Below are positions 59,920-64,000 of a stretch of DNA of 64,000 nucleotides, in pieces. This DNA is from an uncultured Gammaproteobacteria bacterium (GTDB taxonomy: Bacteria; Patescibacteriota; Microgenomatia; Daviesbacterales; UBA10151), in NCBI GenBank assembly GCA_964649615.1, contig CAZYPW010000007.1, positions 8,734-72,733 of the forward strand, written 5' to 3'. Position 1 is the stretch's first letter. The number at the start of each line of letters is the position of its first letter. The position numbers and the translations under genes were made by a program. Under the pieces are notes generated by a model, which was given only the letters and a program-made list of their open reading frames with translations, did not search any database and had not been told where the DNA came from.

Positions 59920-59963
59920 GGAATGCCGGATGGAAACAATTCTTTTTAGGGGGTGAGAATTTA

Positions 59964-60185
59964 ATGAAAAACATAATTTGGGGTATTTTAGTTTTACTGC
60001 TTCTAATTGTTCTATTTAATCAGTTAATTAGACTCGGTGATGTTTCAATTAAGGAGAAAGAGGTTGAGAAACAGCTTGCAGAATCCCGCTCCAACTATAT
60101 CCAGCTTTTAGATAAGTATTGCAAAGGTAAAGATTGTAAGATTGAGAATGGTGCATTGGTTTGTAAACTCTTAGAAGAAAAATGA
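59964..60185 (+). CDS. Hypothetical small membrane protein
   Basis: SD-like ggggtga before MKNIIWGILVLLL. Confidence 0.6.
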   Translation: MKNIIWGILVLLLLIVLFNQLIRLGDVSIKEKEVEKQLAESRSNYIQLLDKYCKGKDCKIENGALVCKLLEEK

Positions 60186-60186
60186 A

Positions 60187-60774
60187 ATGAAGGCTAAAGT
60201 AAAGTATCTACTCTTAATCATTGGACTTATAATTACAGTTCTAGTTGTTAAAAAGTTGTACTTAGTCTTATCTGTACAGAACCCACCCAATATATCATTT
60301 GAAAGCCCAAAGGCTGTTCAGTTGGAGTTAAAGTATCCTTATGAAGTGAAGGATTTAACTGATAAGGAAAAAGGGGGAGTTTTACAACTTGTTAGAACAT
60401 TTGAAACTCTGCAATATGAAAGGAAGGCAAAAGAAGTATTAGCTCTGTTTACCCTAGCTGCTCTTAAAGATGAAAAAGATCAACTGGATTTTCTGGAAGG
60501 AAAAGATATCAATTCAAGCCCAAGACTTTACAGCACAGCTGAATTTAATTGTTCCTTAAATTGGTACATGGTAAGAAGCATTGAAAAAGATAATGCAGGC
60601 ATATCTGTTACTTTGAAAGAGTTGAGGACATATTACAACAATGAAACAGCAGACTACATAGCTAAGATTGATGATTTTACCCTAGCTTTATCCCTGAAAA
60701 AAGATAATGGATATCAAGTAGAAGGATACAAGCAGGAATCTCCTGGAAAATACAGTGGCTTTGATTGTCTTTGA
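60187..60774 (+). CDS. Hypothetical exported protein
   Basis: 195-aa ORF with N-terminal TM. Confidence 0.7.
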   Translation: MKAKVKYLLLIIGLIITVLVVKKLYLVLSVQNPPNISFESPKAVQLELKYPYEVKDLTDKEKGGVLQLVRTFETLQYERKAKEVLALFTLAALKDEKDQLDFLEGKDINSSPRLYSTAEFNCSLNWYMVRSIEKDNAGISVTLKELRTYYNNETADYIAKIDDFTLALSLKKDNGYQVEGYKQESPGKYSGFDCL

Positions 60775-60902
60775 ACCACCCACCCCACCCGCTGAATGAA
60801 ATGCTGCTAGAGGAAGCTGTATGCTACTCCTTTCTTCTAAATATGCTTCATTAAAGCTATTTTCATATCTGCAAAAAATTTCATTTACCTAATAAGGTTT
60901 AA

Positions 60903-61706
60903 TTGGTAAAATTAGGCCATATGGATATGAAAATGGAAGATGAAAAAGTTAGAGGAACATATATCTCTAAAGTTCGTAATCTATCAGGTTCAACAATAGA
61001 ATCTCTACATAAAATAGTTTCTGAAGTTTTGAAAGAAAAGGAACTTAATAGAAATGGGATGATTCAACTTCCTAATACCCATGAAAACCAAACAATTTTA
61101 GCATACATAGAGGATGAATTTAGTATTAAGCCTTATTTAAGTAATAGACCTTGGTTCAAAACAGATACATGTCAATTAGATTTTTACCCAGAAGAAATTA
61201 ACAATCTGGTAGTGTTAGATAAAATTCTGGCAATAAAATTAGGATTGGCACAAAAGTTAAAACTTATGGAGAGATTAAATTTCATACAAAACTTAAAACA
61301 GTTTCAGAAGAAACATGGAAAAAGAGATGACGAAGAAAAGTCGTTTTGTAAATTTGAAAATGATTCTTTCTTTATGAAACTTAATGATGGGTCGGATGGT
61401 TCTATAAATTTTACAGTTAAAAGAGGCAATGAAGATATGGTGACTCTATTCGCAGTATTCTTTGATCATTGGAAATCTTTTGGAGAAAAAGATAATGGTT
61501 GGATAGTAGTCAAGATGAGCAAGGATGAGATTAAAAAAAGATTTGCAGAAAAAGGTAAAAAAGATATCTCAGATAATTGGATAAAAGATACCGTAAGCAA
61601 TATAAGGAATATAAAAATAGGGCCATCTAAACTGAATGGTTATTTATCATTTGATTACTATGATCGTAAAGCTAATGTATACCCATTTAGGATAAAGAAA
61701 GTTTAG
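60903..61706 (+). CDS. Hypothetical protein, possible C-terminal winged helix (start may be ATG 60920-60933)
   Basis: 267-aa ORF; C-terminal SKDEIKKRF...WIKDTVSNIR pattern. Confidence 0.65.
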   Translation: MVKLGHMDMKMEDEKVRGTYISKVRNLSGSTIESLHKIVSEVLKEKELNRNGMIQLPNTHENQTILAYIEDEFSIKPYLSNRPWFKTDTCQLDFYPEEINNLVVLDKILAIKLGLAQKLKLMERLNFIQNLKQFQKKHGKRDDEEKSFCKFENDSFFMKLNDGSDGSINFTVKRGNEDMVTLFAVFFDHWKSFGEKDNGWIVVKMSKDEIKKRFAEKGKKDISDNWIKDTVSNIRNIKIGPSKLNGYLSFDYYDRKANVYPFRIKKV

Positions 61707-61826
61707 ATAAGCTCCAATATCCAATTTTATGATGTCCTTCTTACGCCCAGCGTAAAATAAAAAGACTTACTTTACGCACAAATTGCCTATATTGACAGAA
61801 TTTCAGCGTACCAGCATGGTCAAACC

Positions 61827-62012
61827 ATGCAATCTAAATCTAAAGATTTTCAAGTTGTATATCAATTTGATCCAGTTGCTATTCCTAACTGGCAAGAGAG
61901 GCTAGCTTCCGCATTTGAAATTCTGTTCAAGAAAATTGATGAGCTTGAAGATAGAGGATTGAGAGGATTAAAAGGAAAAGGAGAGGATTATGGAGAATAC
62001 ACAACACCCTAG
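61827..62012 (+). CDS. Small protein heading the recombinase module
   Basis: 61 aa (WQERLASAFEILF); TTGACA promoter upstream; overlaps the next ORF. Confidence 0.6.
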   Translation: MQSKSKDFQVVYQFDPVAIPNWQERLASAFEILFKKIDELEDRGLRGLKGKGEDYGEYTTP

Positions 62013-62253
62013 TACAGCAATCCGAGACCTGAATATTGCAGCATTTCTCATGGCGTCTGGCCAAGTTAAGTTAGTTAATGTTGAACGCCATCCTGATAAT
62101 ACTACCTACTTTCACTTTGAACCTAAAGAAATTGCCGAGGGTCTAGTAACAGCATATTGGGCAGAGGACGCACCACCAATCCAGCCCAAGAAACTCTTAG
62201 GAAGTCTGCGTGATTTAAAGGATATTCTGTTCTCGGGAGGTAAAAATGATTAA
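61990..62253 (+). CDS. DUF5659-like small protein
   Basis: TAIRDLNIAAFLMASG...TYFHF...LRDLKD pattern recognised by eye. Confidence 0.6.
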   Translation: MENTQHPSTAIRDLNIAAFLMASGQVKLVNVERHPDNTTYFHFEPKEIAEGLVTAYWAEDAPPIQPKKLLGSLRDLKDILFSGGKND

Positions 62254-63616
62254 AGAAAACCCCCAACTAGGAAATACTAAAGAAGTAGGTTTCAAAGCCG
62301 CAGATAGCGAGACGAAAATTCCAGATAGTAGCCAGCAATTGATTCCCTCAAACCTTTCTTATGAGGAAATAGAAGCTAAAGTTAAGAATTTCTTACCAGG
62401 TTCACAAACAGCCTTAAAACTTATATTAGCAGTGGCAGTTTCTAGTCAATATCAAAACTCAGTCATGCTTTGGCTCCTATTAGTAGGAGTTCCTTCATCT
62501 GGAAAAACTGAATTAGTCCGTCTTACAAAGGATGTAGCAGAGATTACTTACTATTTAGATAATTTAACCCAAAATGCTTTCATATCAGGAGAGAGACCAA
62601 CTAGAAATGAAAGAGTACATGATTTACTGCCTTTGCTAGATAAAAAATGTCTAATTATCAAAGACTGGACAGCAATCTTTTCTCTTGACGAAAAGATGAC
62701 CAAAAAACTACTTGGAGATTTAGTAGGAATTTATGATAAAGAGTTCACAAAATTTAGTTCTAGAAGAGGTAATATTAGCTATTCTAGTGCCTTTTCTCAA
62801 CTTGGTTGTATTACCCCAGCCACTCTGAATAGACATACCAACTATATGAATATGGTTGGTCCCCGATTCCTGTGTTATACAATCCCTCAACCAAACCTTG
62901 GCGATGAAAATGAAAGTTACGATTTGATATTTTCAAGCCATGATAGATCAGCCACTGAAAAAGAAGCGAGACTGTATGTATCTGCTTACCTTAATGAATT
63001 ATCAAAGCGAACCCCTAATATAAAACCACTTACAAAAGAAATTCAAAATTTCCTTAAAACTGCTGCTAAATTAATGTCTAATTGTCGGGGAATAGTACTT
63101 CTGCAAGCAGCTACTTTTAAGAATGAAGATGGTGAGGAAGTTAAGTATTATGAGGTATTAGATGTCCAAATAGAAGAGCCTTGGAGAGCAATACAACAGT
63201 TGATTTCTTTAGCAAAATATTTAGCCTTTGTAGTAGGTAAGGATGAAGTCGGAGTGGAGGAATTAGAGATAGTTAAAGAGGTAGTAATCTCCTCAATGCC
63301 TGCTGATCGCTCTCAAGCATTAAGAGTAGTAATTGCAAAAGAAGGAGAGATTACCGCTAAAGAGCTTTCAGAATTTTCAGATAAGTCAACTAGAACTTCC
63401 CGAAGACTGCTAGATGAATTGGATGCTTTGAAGGTATTGGAGAAAATTAAAGGTGTAGGCACGATAGCCAATGATTACAAGATTAATGAGCAATTTAAGG
63501 AGTTCCTAATATTAGACCCTACGGAATTTCTGTCCCACAAGGTAGTTAGTAGGACAGAAAGTGGAGAGGGCATACAGGTTATGAAGGAGGATTCAAATGA
63601 ACCCCTCCCATATTGA
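62246..63616 (+). CDS. AAA+/MCM-like ATPase (putative replication helicase) with C-terminal wHTH
   Basis: LWLLLVGVPSSGKT Walker A, LIIKD Walker B-like, GPRFL Arg finger, ITAKELSEFSDKSTRTSRRLLDEL wHTH. Confidence 0.72.
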   Translation: MIKENPQLGNTKEVGFKAADSETKIPDSSQQLIPSNLSYEEIEAKVKNFLPGSQTALKLILAVAVSSQYQNSVMLWLLLVGVPSSGKTELVRLTKDVAEITYYLDNLTQNAFISGERPTRNERVHDLLPLLDKKCLIIKDWTAIFSLDEKMTKKLLGDLVGIYDKEFTKFSSRRGNISYSSAFSQLGCITPATLNRHTNYMNMVGPRFLCYTIPQPNLGDENESYDLIFSSHDRSATEKEARLYVSAYLNELSKRTPNIKPLTKEIQNFLKTAAKLMSNCRGIVLLQAATFKNEDGEEVKYYEVLDVQIEEPWRAIQQLISLAKYLAFVVGKDEVGVEELEIVKEVVISSMPADRSQALRVVIAKEGEITAKELSEFSDKSTRTSRRLLDELDALKVLEKIKGVGTIANDYKINEQFKEFLILDPTEFLSHKVVSRTESGEGIQVMKEDSNEPLPY

Positions 63617-63830
63617 AAGGATAAAAGAGTTGTTCAAAAAACTAAAGTTGGGTTATGACTGGTGTCAGAGAAATCAGCATAACCAAACTGGAATAGAAGA
63701 ACTATACAAAAGGACTGAACAGATATTTCAAGAGCTTGAGAGTTTAGGTGTATCTCGGACATTTTCTGAGGCTCTGTTTGTGTTTGGGGCTTTTAGTAAT
63801 CATGAAGTTTTACATGGACAGAAACATTAA
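63597..63830 (+). CDS. Hypothetical protein
   Basis: 77-aa ORF overlapping the ATPase 3' end. Confidence 0.55.
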   Translation: MNPSHIERIKELFKKLKLGYDWCQRNQHNQTGIEELYKRTEQIFQELESLGVSRTFSEALFVFGAFSNHEVLHGQKH

Positions 63831-63914
63831 ATTTGACAACAGTGTTCAGCATGCTACGCTATAAATAAACCTAATTATGGAGATTAAAATGAAAAACAGA
63901 AAGATGAAGAACAA

Positions 63915-64000
63915 ATGAGAATTTGCCTATATTGCAGGGTTTCAACAGAGAAGCAGAAAGATGAAAAGACTATTGATTCCCAGATTGAGGAATTAGAAAA
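63915..64000 (+). CDS. Serine recombinase, N-terminus (runs off window)
   Basis: Translated by hand: MRICLYCRVSTEKQKDEKTIDSQIEELE = YxRVSTxxQ catalytic motif. Confidence 0.9.
   Translation, partial: MRICLYCRVSTEKQKDEKTIDSQIEELE

Larger units (their letters stand above)
52032..64000. mobile_element. Integrative element inserted in comM (extends beyond window), serine-recombinase type
   Basis: Abrupt comM break, run of mixed-strand accessory ORFs, XRE regulator, ATPase module and YCRVSTxxQ recombinase at the window end. Confidence 0.8.

Overview
AT-rich bacterial chromosome segment, most consistent with a Patescibacteria/CPR (Microgenomates-like) genome. This is inferred from the absence of rpmD/L30 in the spc block, long low-complexity tails on r-proteins, -10 boxes directly in front of start codons, and split PEP-utiliser genes. 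Positions 1-28 kb hold the core rpoBC-str-S10-spc-alpha-rplM/rpsI cluster, with an SDR, a frameshifted histidine phosphatase and a GreA coiled-coil-only gene inserted between rpsG and fusA. Positions 28-52 kb hold a phosphomannomutase and a SAM-I-type riboswitch leading metK, an HD protein, a split RPH/PEP-synthase-like dikinase and a DUF62 SAM hydrolase. They also hold two EEP paralogs, tRNA-Pro, recA with a LAGLIDADG intein in its P-loop, recX, rny, HU, an ABC-2 transporter interrupted by a TrpR/YerC-like regulator, four GT-C glycosyltransferases, miaA and RNase P RNA. From about 52.03 kb to the end, an integrated element breaks comM just before its Walker A motif. It carries secreted/surface cargo (including a thermonuclease), an XRE regulator, a helicase-like ATPase and, at the window edge, a serine recombinase. 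The most unusual signals read from the sequence are four: (i) a 20-bp site (19/20 identical, palindromic core) shared by the TrpR-like gene promoter and the recA upstream region; (ii) a ~97-bp element present twice with covarying stems; (iii) inverted 7-mer tandem arrays and short palindromes that have invaded r-protein and other ORFs in frame; (iv) switch-like leaders before rplC and the GreA-like gene. All family assignments are by eye from motifs; no database searches were run.
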